A DNA stretch of 64,000 nucleotides from Patescibacteria group bacterium (GTDB lineage Bacteria > Patescibacteriota > Patescibacteriia > PEXW01). This document shows, piece by piece, positions 19,637-28,538 of this stretch (position 1 is the first letter of the stretch; each line of letters opens with the position of its first letter). Location of the stretch: contig JBAYJA010000001.1 in the NCBI GenBank assembly GCA_041665345.1, positions 265,206 through 329,205 on the forward strand, in the 5' to 3' direction. The notes under the pieces were generated by a model. That model did not search any database. It saw only the letters and a list, made by a program, of their open reading frames with translations, and was not told the DNA's origin. The translations under genes were made by a program, and so were the position numbers.

Positions 19637-20026
19637 ATGACTGAGCTGACCACCACCAATCCCGCAGTCTTCCTCTTCCGGGAATTTGTCCAGGATATTT
19701 TGCTATTCCCGGTGTGGTGGTATGGCAAAGGCCTGGCCAAAGCCAGCACCGCGCTCTGGCATCGCACCACTGAATTTGTACAGCGGAGCCGGTGGAGCCC
19801 GGTGATTTGGGTCAAGAATTTATTCGTGCCCATGTACGGCGACTATACGAAGAGTGGCCGCGCCATTAGCTTCTTCGTTCGCACAGTGGTGGCACTAGCG
19901 CTTACCGTTGTTCTGGTGGTCGTACTCCTCATCTACCTTGCGGCATTTTGCCTGTACCTTCTGGCTCCAGTACTTACGGTGTACTACGTGCTGTACCAAA
20001 TTTTCCATTTGCCCTGGCTGATCTAA
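19637..20026 (+). CDS. Membrane protein coupled to the Clp ATPase gene
   Basis: FPVWWY..G, KNLFVPMYG and hydrophobic helices; stop abuts the next ATG. Confidence 0.8.
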   Translation: MTELTTTNPAVFLFREFVQDILLFPVWWYGKGLAKASTALWHRTTEFVQRSRWSPVIWVKNLFVPMYGDYTKSGRAISFFVRTVVALALTVVLVVVLLIYLAAFCLYLLAPVLTVYYVLYQIFHLPWLI

Positions 20027-22759
20027 ATGGCACCCCTACCAAACAGACTCATTGTCACCTGCCCCGCGTGCGTGCACGCTGACGGGGATTGTCCAGCGTG
20101 TGGGAACACCCGGGCGGCGTTGTGGCTCATGGGTCGGCTCTTCGTCTGGCACCGCCGGGTGGACAGGCTGCATATTACCCAGCAGCAGTTGCAGCGTACC
20201 TTACACAGGATTATTGATCTTACCTTAGGTGCCCTGGGTATCGCGGGAATTGTCTTCTTAATCATCGAAGGGCTGCACCTCAAACCTGTTGCGAGTCTGG
20301 ACAGTGTGGTGCACTTTTTGGGTACGCGAACCTGGTACATGCTTGGTTTTAGTATCTCGCTTCTTGCAGATATTGTTTTGGTGAACCGCCTACGCCGGCG
20401 CTACCAGGAGCAAGTCTTGGTTGCACACCGGGATGGTGAACTTTTGGCAGTTCCACCCCCGCCCCTGGCTTGGGAAGATGTGATGCACCAGCAAGTCCGT
20501 TTTGAAAATGTGGCGCCGGCATTTGCCGTTACCGCCATGCGTGCCGTGGAAGGAGCTTGGAACTTGGCCGAACGCTTTGGTCATGCGCGGGTGGATACAC
20601 TCCACTTGTTTGCCGCACTCTTCGCGTTCCCAGACGTGCAAATTGTCTTTGGCCGCCTGGGTGTGCCAGGCAAGCCCCTCAGCGATCGCGTGAATCGTGC
20701 GTTAACAGGTTTGCCGCGCGCCACGCACGCTCCCAAGGTCAGCACTGATCTGCACACCACCCTTTTGCATGCGTACGCAGAGGCAGTGGAAGCGGGTCGT
20801 CCTGTGGTGGATGTGACGGAACTCCTCATCGCGGTGTACAACGACGCACTGGTGGTGGAAATCCTGGCTGACCTGGGGATTGATGCGCAGAAACTTCGCA
20901 ACGTCGTGGCATGGATTTCCATTTCCCGGCAGCTGTCTCGCACCCACACGGCTTGGGCACGGCGCGCGCGGTACCGGTCCAAGAAGACCACCATGAACCG
21001 GGCGTTCACTGCCATTGCCACACCCATGCTGGACCGCACCAGCCGGGATCTGACGCAACTGGCGCGGCTGGGTATGCTGGCACCATGCATTGGCCGGGAA
21101 CGGGAATTCGAAGAGCTGTTCCGCATTTTTGAAAGCGGGCGGTCCAACCCCATGCTGGTGGGTTTGCCTGGTGTGGGGAAGACGACCATTGTGGAAGGCT
21201 TGGCACAGCGCATGGTGGCCGAAGATGTACCACCCTCACTCCAAGATAAACGCTTGGTGAGCTTGTCCGTATCGTCCCTGGTTAGTGCCGCTGGACGCCA
21301 AGGAGAATTGGAAGAGCGCTTCACCATTATCCTCAACGAAATTGTCCGTTCTGGAAACATCATTCTCTACATCGACAACCTGCAGAATATGATGGGACTC
21401 ACTACTGCCGGTGGTTCCAAAATGGATTTGGCAGAAATGCTGGCGCAGGCTTTGGGGCAGCGTGCGTTCCTTGCCATTGCCACCACGAATCCAGTGGATG
21501 AGCATCGGTACATTGAGAAGTCGGGGGTGACTTCAGTCTTCCAGCGTTTGCCCATCAACGAAGTGGATACGAATGGCGCCATCCAGATTCTAGAAGGCAA
21601 GGTTGGGCACATTGAAGCCAAGCACCAAGTAGTCTTCAGCTACGATGCCATTGAACGCGCAGTGGTGCTGTCCCAGCGCTACGTGCATGACCGGTACCTG
21701 CCAGAGAAAGCCGTGACCATTGCAGAGGAAGCGGCGGTCTTCGTCCATAAGACCCGCGGGAAGAACCAAACCGTAAGTGGGGAGGATGTAGCGGCCATTG
21801 TGTCCGAGCGGACAAATGTGCCAGTCACCCAGGTGACAGAAGCTGAAACGGAAAAGCTGCTGCACTTGGAAGAGAAAATTTATGAACGAGTCATTGGCCA
21901 GGAAGAAGCCGTGCATGCCGTGTCGGCCGCCCTCCGCCGTGCCCGGGCTGAGTTGCGCGACGCCAAGCGGCCCATTGCCACCTTCCTCTTTCTGGGACCA
22001 ACCGGGGTTGGAAAAACTGAACTCTCCAAAGCCGTGGCTGAAGTGTACTTTGGGAATGAGCAGAGCATGATTCGTTTGGATATGTCGGAGTACCAAGTAC
22101 AGTCCAGCCTCACCCGGCTCATTGGTAATCCAGACACAGGGGAGAGTGGTTTTCTCACTGAGGCGGTACGGAAGAATCCTTTCACTTTGCTCTTGCTGGA
22201 CGAATTGGAAAAAGCCCACCCAGACATTCTCAACGTCTTCTTGCAGGTCATGGATGATGGTCGGCTCACGGACAGCGGTGGCCGCACCGTGGATTTCACC
22301 AATGTCATCCTCATTGCTACGTCGAACGCTGGTACTTCCACTATCCAAGCCGGGATTAAAGCCGGCGAATCCTTGGAGCACATCCGTCAACATTTGGTGG
22401 ACGAAGAGCTTGCGCGGTACTACCGTCCAGAATTCCTCAACCGTTTTGACGGCATTATCGTCTTCAAGCCCTTGGACTTTGAGCAGGTCGTTGCCATTGC
22501 CCGCCTCATGCTGAAGCAAGTTCAGTCACAGCTGAAGGAGAAGGGGATTACCCTTCGCGTCACAGATCCAGCGTTGGTAGAACTGGCGGAAAAAGGCTTT
22601 GATCCACAGTTTGGCGCCCGGCCCCTGCGTCGTGCCATGCAAGAGCATTTGGACAACGTCCTGGCCAACGCCTTGCTGAAGGGAACGCTTGCCCGGCGTG
22701 ATGTAGCTATTCTGGAACCCGGTGGCAATATTCGGGTGGAGAAGGCGAGGGAGCTGTAG
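20027..22759 (+). CDS. ClpA/B/C-type AAA+ ATPase with N-terminal zinc motif and TM helices
   Basis: Walker A motifs GLPGVGKT and GPTGVGKT, RLDMSEY, DELEKAH, FGARPLRR and a Clp-N repeat. Confidence 0.93.
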   Translation: MAPLPNRLIVTCPACVHADGDCPACGNTRAALWLMGRLFVWHRRVDRLHITQQQLQRTLHRIIDLTLGALGIAGIVFLIIEGLHLKPVASLDSVVHFLGTRTWYMLGFSISLLADIVLVNRLRRRYQEQVLVAHRDGELLAVPPPPLAWEDVMHQQVRFENVAPAFAVTAMRAVEGAWNLAERFGHARVDTLHLFAALFAFPDVQIVFGRLGVPGKPLSDRVNRALTGLPRATHAPKVSTDLHTTLLHAYAEAVEAGRPVVDVTELLIAVYNDALVVEILADLGIDAQKLRNVVAWISISRQLSRTHTAWARRARYRSKKTTMNRAFTAIATPMLDRTSRDLTQLARLGMLAPCIGREREFEELFRIFESGRSNPMLVGLPGVGKTTIVEGLAQRMVAEDVPPSLQDKRLVSLSVSSLVSAAGRQGELEERFTIILNEIVRSGNIILYIDNLQNMMGLTTAGGSKMDLAEMLAQALGQRAFLAIATTNPVDEHRYIEKSGVTSVFQRLPINEVDTNGAIQILEGKVGHIEAKHQVVFSYDAIERAVVLSQRYVHDRYLPEKAVTIAEEAAVFVHKTRGKNQTVSGEDVAAIVSERTNVPVTQVTEAETEKLLHLEEKIYERVIGQEEAVHAVSAALRRARAELRDAKRPIATFLFLGPTGVGKTELSKAVAEVYFGNEQSMIRLDMSEYQVQSSLTRLIGNPDTGESGFLTEAVRKNPFTLLLLDELEKAHPDILNVFLQVMDDGRLTDSGGRTVDFTNVILIATSNAGTSTIQAGIKAGESLEHIRQHLVDEELARYYRPEFLNRFDGIIVFKPLDFEQVVAIARLMLKQVQSQLKEKGITLRVTDPALVELAEKGFDPQFGARPLRRAMQEHLDNVLANALLKGTLARRDVAILEPGGNIRVEKAREL

Positions 22760-22925
22760 GGGGAAGCTGTAGAGCCTTAGTGCTGTAAAGCTGTAGAGGC
22801 TTTTTTAACACAACCCAGAGCGGCTTTTCTAAGCCGCGTGGTCTGTATATTGATAAAAGGCAGAGATACATACCTTGACGTTGTCTCATGTCCAGCGTAA
22901 GGTATGAGCAAACCAAGGAGGAAAC

Positions 22926-23321
22926 GTGCCCTTTATTATTACCGCATTAAAACAATGTAGCGCAGAAACGTGGAGAAAATTCCATCAGTTGTACCATGGC
23001 GATGCCAGCCTCATAGAGCTTCAAGAGAAGTACGGGTTGGTCGGGAAGGTTGACTGGCGTACAGATACCAATTGTAAAGCCGCCAAGCGTGGTGGAATAG
23101 CAATTACATTTGTACGGATCCTCAAACCGGATGAATCGCCTGAACCTTTACCGCCAGGTTTCCTTGAAGAAGCAACGCTCCGTCTGCGCGCTTTGTATCG
23201 AAAAACTCCTTTCCCAGTCTCCTTTCATGTTCATCCTACTGGTATGACCCTGGAAGAGATACAAGCAGAGCAGAAGAGCTGGAATGTGTACTGTGAAATG
23301 GCCTGGGCTGCGTCTGGGTAG
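22926..23321 (+). CDS. Hypothetical protein (orphan cassette)
   Basis: AAGGAGG SD with GTG start; TTGACG-17-TAAGGT; terminator GCCGCTTGC...GCAGGCGGC-TTTT. Confidence 0.7.
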   Translation: MPFIITALKQCSAETWRKFHQLYHGDASLIELQEKYGLVGKVDWRTDTNCKAAKRGGIAITFVRILKPDESPEPLPPGFLEEATLRLRALYRKTPFPVSFHVHPTGMTLEEIQAEQKSWNVYCEMAWAASG

Positions 23322-23436
23322 AGTATGGGGCCGCTTGCTTTTGCAGGCGGCTTTTCCTCATTGACAAAGTTGGTCGTTCTCGTTAGGGTATTCGGAAACA
23401 TACCCACGTTGAAAATTGAAAGAAAGTGAGGAATAG

Positions 23437-24609
23437 ATGGAAAAGTTTGGTGGAAAGCAGGAGCGCCGTATTCCCGTCATTATTGAAGATGGGAAACGCG
23501 TGCCAATGCTGGCACGGCGACTGTTCGACAGCTCGCTGCATGTCATTACTGAGTCTGGAAAGTACCAGGGCTGGATGACGCACCCAAAGTGGGATGTGAC
23601 TGCAGCGCAGAAGAGGAGCAAGAAGTTTATCCCAAGTAATGTAGCGCACATCCCTGTCCCAGACGTGTACTGGCAGTATCGGCTGTTCACGCATGGCACG
23701 GAAAGGTACCAGCAGGATAAGCATGGAGAAATTCCACGCTTAGTGCAATCGTTGCAGCACCTGCATGAGTTGCACGGTTTACTGTTGGGAAATCTGGATT
23801 CACGCCGTATTGATTTGCTACGCCAGGAAATCAAGCGTGAGGTGATTGCGGTTGTTGCGTTTTTGGGTCCCAATGCCAATGAAACCCAAAAGAAACGCGC
23901 AATTAAACAGGCGATTGCCGTGGCTATCGGTAAAGATAGTTTAGATCGGTTCAACCCGGGTGCTTTTGCCGCCAGAATCGTGACGGCCATCAATGCAGTA
24001 CTCATTCGGGAAAGCGATGCAATTTCCATCAACGCAATTTTCGCACAGTGGCGACGGTTGGATCAATCCATGCTCTGTGTTATGGAATTTGAAGTTGACG
24101 CGCAGTACAGCTTTTTGCAGCGTGTCCTTTCCGAATGGGACAATCTTGTTCGGGATCGTCAGTCCGCTTTGCGCCGCAGACTTGTGAACAATGCAAGTTT
24201 GGTGCAAGCGTATGACTTGAATCCATTTCGTGAGACCTTCACGTACGTGGCACAGGAGTATGCGGAAGCGGAAAGCTTCTTGGCATCAAATCGGCCCTCG
24301 CTGGCCAAACCCTTGCTGGAAACAGCCTACGCAAGTTTGGGTCTGCGAAAAATTCGGGTGCAACTGGAAGCAGCAATGCTGATGGTGAGCCGGAAAGTGC
24401 GTTTTCCCATTGTGCCGTTTCCTTGGCCAAATGTTCGAAGTGGCATTAGCTCGAGCATCACCGAAATTGAACATCTGCAAACGAAGCACATGCGGGCATT
24501 TGATAAGCCCCTGGTTATTGCTGGGTTGCGAGATACAATTGGTCGCCTTGAGACATCAGCGTACGAGGATGCCCATGACCGTTTCCGGCAAACCATTCGC
24601 CTCATCTAG
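23437..24609 (+). CDS. Hypothetical helical protein, 390 aa
   Basis: Long ORF with GAGG SD and TTGACA-17-TAGGGT; no motif recognised. Confidence 0.75.
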   Translation: MEKFGGKQERRIPVIIEDGKRVPMLARRLFDSSLHVITESGKYQGWMTHPKWDVTAAQKRSKKFIPSNVAHIPVPDVYWQYRLFTHGTERYQQDKHGEIPRLVQSLQHLHELHGLLLGNLDSRRIDLLRQEIKREVIAVVAFLGPNANETQKKRAIKQAIAVAIGKDSLDRFNPGAFAARIVTAINAVLIRESDAISINAIFAQWRRLDQSMLCVMEFEVDAQYSFLQRVLSEWDNLVRDRQSALRRRLVNNASLVQAYDLNPFRETFTYVAQEYAEAESFLASNRPSLAKPLLETAYASLGLRKIRVQLEAAMLMVSRKVRFPIVPFPWPNVRSGISSSITEIEHLQTKHMRAFDKPLVIAGLRDTIGRLETSAYEDAHDRFRQTIRLI

Positions 24610-24616
24610 CCACGAG

Positions 24617-24646
24617 TTGACAGCTTTTCAGCTCGTCTGCTAAGGT
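24617..24646 (+). promoter_or_regulatory. Sigma70-like promoter of the ncRNA cluster
   Basis: TTGACA-18-TAAGGT with TG upstream of the -10. Confidence 0.6.
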
Positions 24647-24665
24647 GTGACTCACAGCACATTAT

Positions 24666-24727
24666 GGTTAGTGGGGATGGCGGGCAGACTTTTTCTGTGA
24701 ATGACATCAGTCCCGATCCCTGCTACC
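24666..24727 (+). ncRNA. Putative structured RNA (long hairpin) at the start of the tRNA-like cluster
   Basis: TAGTGGGGAT/ATCCCTGCTA and CGGG/CCCG stems, followed by an A-run spacer. Confidence 0.4.
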
Positions 24728-24741
24728 TATTGATAAAAAAA

Positions 24742-24837
24742 CGGGAATTAGTTCAGTCGGTAGAACGCTCTTTGCTCGCATCGATTGAGAGCTTTACGAG
24801 CACGGAGAGGTCACAGGTTCAAGTCCTGTATTCCCGA
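24742..24837 (+). ncRNA. tRNA-like RNA (Pro-like body, expanded anticodon arm)
   Basis: Acceptor CGGGAAT/ATTCCCG-A; D-arm GTTC-AGTCGGTA-GAAC; T-arm ACAGG-TTCAAGT-CCTGT; anticodon loop replaced by TGCTCG-18nt-CGAGCA. Confidence 0.8.
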
Positions 24838-24844
24838 AAAAAAT

Positions 24845-24960
24845 TGGGACGAATGTAGCGGTAACGCCATGGAAGTATGGTGAGGTAGACGGGTAAGTGC
24901 AATCTGCCTTTCCAATCAACGATACGGCCTTGGTTCTGGTTCAAATCCAGGTCGTCCCAA
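24845..24960 (+). ncRNA. tRNA-like RNA (Gln-like body, ~50-nt insert in the anticodon arm)
   Basis: Acceptor TGGGACGA/TCGTCCCA; degenerate D-arm with AGCGGTA loop; T-arm TCTGG-TTCAAAT-CCAGG; internal hairpin AGGTAGA...TCTGCCT. Confidence 0.7.
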
Positions 24961-24972
24961 AAATTGTTCATC

Positions 24973-25000
24973 AAAGCGCTTCATCACGAGGCGCTTTTTT
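24973..25000 (+). terminator. Rho-independent terminator of the ncRNA cluster
   Basis: AAAGCGCTTC-ATCAC-GAGGCGC-TTTTTT. Confidence 0.75.
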
Positions 25001-25112
25001 CTTGTTTATCATTCTAGGAATGTAAGTCCGGTTGCCTGTTGACGCAAAACAGCAAGCATGGCATGGTAGGGGAGAGCAAAAAATACACCACAAACAGAGA
25101 GGAGTGTGTCCT

Positions 25113-25568
25113 TTGGCAAATTGGTCGTTTAGTGAGGTCGTTGAAGTGCCGGTAGATTATGGTGATACGCGGAATACGGATCTCAATGACTTTTTTAATG
25201 TGAACCCACGTTTGGATACCGTTCGGTTGTTTCCTGCGAAGACAGGTCTTGGCGTGGTCACCAAAAGATTCCGGTTTATGAGGTCTGATAGCGGCTTTAC
25301 GACAGGTGAGGCCTTGCAAGCCATCACCGACAATGGTTACCGAAATCCAGATTTTGTGGAAACCCGAGCGTTTGACCGTGTGCAACCTGATTCCAAACAA
25401 GGTGCACCAATCGAGAGCTTCTGTGGTTTACTGCACGACCAAGACGGTTTTCAGTTCATTGCGTACATTCATATGGACGCTTCTGGATTGAGTGCCTTCT
25501 TCAACTGGCTTGGGTTCAAGCGGAAACCAACTGTGTTCATTCTCGTCGTTGACGAAACCTCGGACTAG
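25113..25568 (+). CDS. Hypothetical protein (orphan cassette)
   Basis: GAGGAG SD before TTG; TTGACG promoter at about 25039; terminator GCCAGGAGA...TCTCCTGGC-TTTTT. Confidence 0.6.
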   Translation: MANWSFSEVVEVPVDYGDTRNTDLNDFFNVNPRLDTVRLFPAKTGLGVVTKRFRFMRSDSGFTTGEALQAITDNGYRNPDFVETRAFDRVQPDSKQGAPIESFCGLLHDQDGFQFIAYIHMDASGLSAFFNWLGFKRKPTVFILVVDETSD

Positions 25569-25647
25569 TGCGCCATACGCCAGGAGACTGCATCTCCTGG
25601 CTTTTTATTTGCTCAACTGTGGACTTGTTAGTACACTGAGTATACCT

Positions 25648-26967
25648 ATGTCCGAACCCACGAAAATGGAAGTGCTCATGTCCTTTGCCAAGCGGCGGGG
25701 TTTTGTGTTCCCCACGGCGGAAATCTACGGCGGCCTGCAGGGCTTCTGGGATTGGGGTCCGTTGGGTGTGGAATTTAAGAACAATATCAAGAAGGAGTGG
25801 TGGAAACACTTTGTTCAAGGCCGGGCAGATGTGGTGGGCCAGGATGCCGCCATCGTGACCAACCCCACGGTATGGCAGAAGAGCGGCCACGTGCAGGGAT
25901 TTGCGGACAAGTTGGTGGAGTGCAAGGCGTGCCACCATCGCTTCAAAGGGGATGATCTGATGGATCATACCAAGTGCCCAGACTGCGGTGGGCAGCTTAC
26001 CGGGGAGCGGGATTTTAACACCATGTTCACCACGCATGTGGGGCCGGTGGAAGATACTGCTGCCACGGTGTTCATGCGGCCAGAAACTGCCCAGAATATT
26101 TTTGTGAACTTTGATACCGTGCGGCAAACCATGCGCCTAAAGCTGCCGTTTGGCATTGGGCAAATTGGCAAAGCTTTTCGGAACGAAATTACGCCGGGGA
26201 ATTTCATTTTTCGTTCCCGAGAGTTTGAGCAAATGGAATTGGAATTTTTCTGCCACCCAGGTGAGGATGACCGGTGGTTTAAATATTGGTGTGAGGAAAG
26301 TTTGCAGTGGTTCCTGGATTTGGGCATCAAAGCAGACCACCTGCGTTTCCATGAACAGTCAAAGGCCGAGTTGGCACACTACTCCAAGGCCACAACGGAT
26401 ATTGAGTACAATTTCCCTTTCGAAAAGGGTTGGTCAGAACTCATGGGTATTGCGAACCGCACGGACTTTGATTTGAAAGCACACGGCCAGTCCTACCGCG
26501 ATGACAAAACCCCAGAGGCAATTGTGCCGTACTGCATTGAACCATCAGCGGGTGTAGACCGGGCAGCGCTCGCATTTTTGTTGGATGCGTACGAAGAGGT
26601 TGAAGGTGGCCGGTCAACCACAACTGAGGCAAACAAGGAAAAAGAAGTCGTCTTGCGTTTGCACAAAAATTTAGCACCCATCAAAGTCGCCATTTTGCCT
26701 TTGTCTAAGAAAGAGCCACTGGCTGGGAAGGCGCAGGAAATTGCCGCAGAACTCCGCAAGCACTGGACCGTGATGTACGACGACAGTCAGTCCATTGGCC
26801 GCCGCTACCGGCGACAGGATGAAATTGGCACGCCATACTGCGTGACCGTGGATTTTGACACGCTTGAGAAAGACCAGAAAGTCACCGTCCGCGACCGGGA
26901 CACCATGGCGCAGGAGCGGGTGGGGATTGGGGAGCTAGAAGCAGACTTGAAAAAGCGATTTGCGTGA
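25648..26967 (+). CDS. glyQS: Glycine--tRNA ligase (alpha2 type)
   Basis: KRRGFVFP.AEIYGG, MRPETAQ.IF, FRNEI, REFEQME and SIGRRYRRQDEIGTP motifs. Confidence 0.97.
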   Translation: MSEPTKMEVLMSFAKRRGFVFPTAEIYGGLQGFWDWGPLGVEFKNNIKKEWWKHFVQGRADVVGQDAAIVTNPTVWQKSGHVQGFADKLVECKACHHRFKGDDLMDHTKCPDCGGQLTGERDFNTMFTTHVGPVEDTAATVFMRPETAQNIFVNFDTVRQTMRLKLPFGIGQIGKAFRNEITPGNFIFRSREFEQMELEFFCHPGEDDRWFKYWCEESLQWFLDLGIKADHLRFHEQSKAELAHYSKATTDIEYNFPFEKGWSELMGIANRTDFDLKAHGQSYRDDKTPEAIVPYCIEPSAGVDRAALAFLLDAYEEVEGGRSTTTEANKEKEVVLRLHKNLAPIKVAILPLSKKEPLAGKAQEIAAELRKHWTVMYDDSQSIGRRYRRQDEIGTPYCVTVDFDTLEKDQKVTVRDRDTMAQERVGIGELEADLKKRFA

Positions 26968-27266
26968 GTCGTCAGCAGCATATTCATCAGGAAGAGTTCC
27001 CATACCTACTAACTACTATTGTTCGAAACCGGGCAAAGTTTTTTCGGGAAGAAAAATGGGCTCGTGAACTCTCGGTTATTATTCGTCGAGCGTGCGTGCT
27101 ACATAAATTTTCATTGCTGGCATATGCAATTATGCCTGATCATTTACATTTAATTGTTTACCCCAACCAAGCGCAGGCCTCTGTGCCTGCGTCTCTTGAA
27201 ATTGAACGCGCGGGCAGAGACGCCCGCGCTGGTAGGGCGTATTTTGATAAACAAAAAGCCGAGTGA
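26964..27266 (+). pseudogene. Truncated REP-associated tyrosine transposase (RAYT, Y1-HUH)
   Basis: YLLTTIV.NR..FF and AYAIMPDHLHLIV (HUH motif). The frame runs into palindrome GCGCGGGCAGAGACGCCCGCGC and stops before the catalytic Tyr region. Confidence 0.75.
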
Positions 27267-27289
27267 GTCTCGGCTGAGTTGCAATTTTA

Positions 27290-27493
27290 TTATGACCTTT
27301 GGAGTATCGTTGGATCGGTGAAGATTATTCCACAGGTCAGACAAACATGCACAGCAATTTCGTATCTGGCCGCGGAAACTCCGGGTTGATGAGCGAATTT
27401 CCCCTCGCTATCTTGGCCTCGATCAGCAAGAACGAGAATTCTGTTCTCTGGTTGAACCTCATGTTGTAAAGGGCAGGTTAAATTTACTGACAT
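27290..27493 (-). CDS. Small putative metal-binding protein
   Basis: 67 aa; CxxxH and CxxC; GAGG SD. Confidence 0.5.
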   Translation of the reverse strand: MSVNLTCPLQHEVQPENRILVLADRGQDSEGKFAHQPGVSAARYEIAVHVCLTCGIIFTDPTILQRS

Positions 27494-27614
27494 TTTTGCC
27501 TCACATTCTTGAAAGGTTTGCTAAAACTCTTAGAGATCGACTATTTTTACTATTTCGATAAATCCTATACTATAAGTAAGTAGACGTCAATTATATCGTA
27601 ATGAAGATAAAATC

Positions 27615-28538
27615 ATGACCAAAATCCTCCGTACCGGTATTCTCCTCGCCCTGGGCACGGCACTCATTTCCGGGGTGTCCAACTTCGTGGCCAAGCTCAG
27701 CGTTACGGTCATCAAGGACGCCACGCTCTTCACTTTCCTGAAGAATGCCACGGTTGGCGTGTTGATCATTGGTCTCGTTGTGCTCTTTGTTCAGTGGAAA
27801 GAGCTACGAACGTTGCAGCGAAAGGACTGGGTTCGTTTGCTCACCATCGCCGTGGTTGGTGGCAGCGTGCCATTTCTCCTGTTTTTTAACGGCTTGCAGC
27901 AAACTTCAGCCGTAACTGGAAGTTTGATTCACAAGACGCTGTTCCTCTGGGTGGCAATCCTTGCTGTGTGGAAGCTGAAGGAGAAAGTTACCTGGCTGCA
28001 AGGCGTGGCCTTGGCCGCGCTGCTGGGCGGGACATTTGCCCTGGGTGGGTTTCAAAATTTTCACCTGGGGAAAAGTGAGCTCATGATTCTCGGCGCCACC
28101 CTGTTCTGGGCTGTGGAAAATGTGGTGGCAAAGCGAACACTTGCAAATCTGTCTACGCTTACGGTTGTCGCTAGCCGCATGGTCCTTGGCTCCGTCATTT
28201 TACTAGGAGTTGTGGCAGCGCAGGGGAAGCTTGGCGCAGTTGGCAATCTTTCGTTTAGCCAGTGGGGTTGGGTCGCGCTGCCAAGCCTTCTACTCTTCGG
28301 CTACGTCCTGACCTGGTACAGCGCCCTCAAGCGCGCGCCAGCCATTCTGGTCGCCAGCTTGCTCGTCCCAGCAACCTTCATCACCGCCCTGCTCAGCGGC
28401 ACATTCCAGCACGCGCCCATTTCCTGGCAGAGCTGGGTGAATGGGGGTTTGGTCACGTTTGGCGCCGTGCTCCTGGTATGGTCAGCTCGCAAAACAGCAC
28501 AGCATGATACTCACGAAGCCACAGACCGCCCTGCATGA
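27615..28538 (+). CDS. EamA/DMT family transporter
   Basis: About 10 TM helices in two EamA-like repeats; LKEKVT motif. Confidence 0.88.
   Translation: MTKILRTGILLALGTALISGVSNFVAKLSVTVIKDATLFTFLKNATVGVLIIGLVVLFVQWKELRTLQRKDWVRLLTIAVVGGSVPFLLFFNGLQQTSAVTGSLIHKTLFLWVAILAVWKLKEKVTWLQGVALAALLGGTFALGGFQNFHLGKSELMILGATLFWAVENVVAKRTLANLSTLTVVASRMVLGSVILLGVVAAQGKLGAVGNLSFSQWGWVALPSLLLFGYVLTWYSALKRAPAILVASLLVPATFITALLSGTFQHAPISWQSWVNGGLVTFGAVLLVWSARKTAQHDTHEATDRPA

Noticed and set aside
24664-24858. 64-aa ORF over the tRNA-like cluster
   Set aside because: It has no SD and crosses A-run spacers and tRNA-like stems; RNA structure explains the sequence better.
24742-24960. Group I intron-containing tRNAs or tRNA-Sec
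   Set aside because: The inserts are far too short for self-splicing introns and no UCA anticodon is present.
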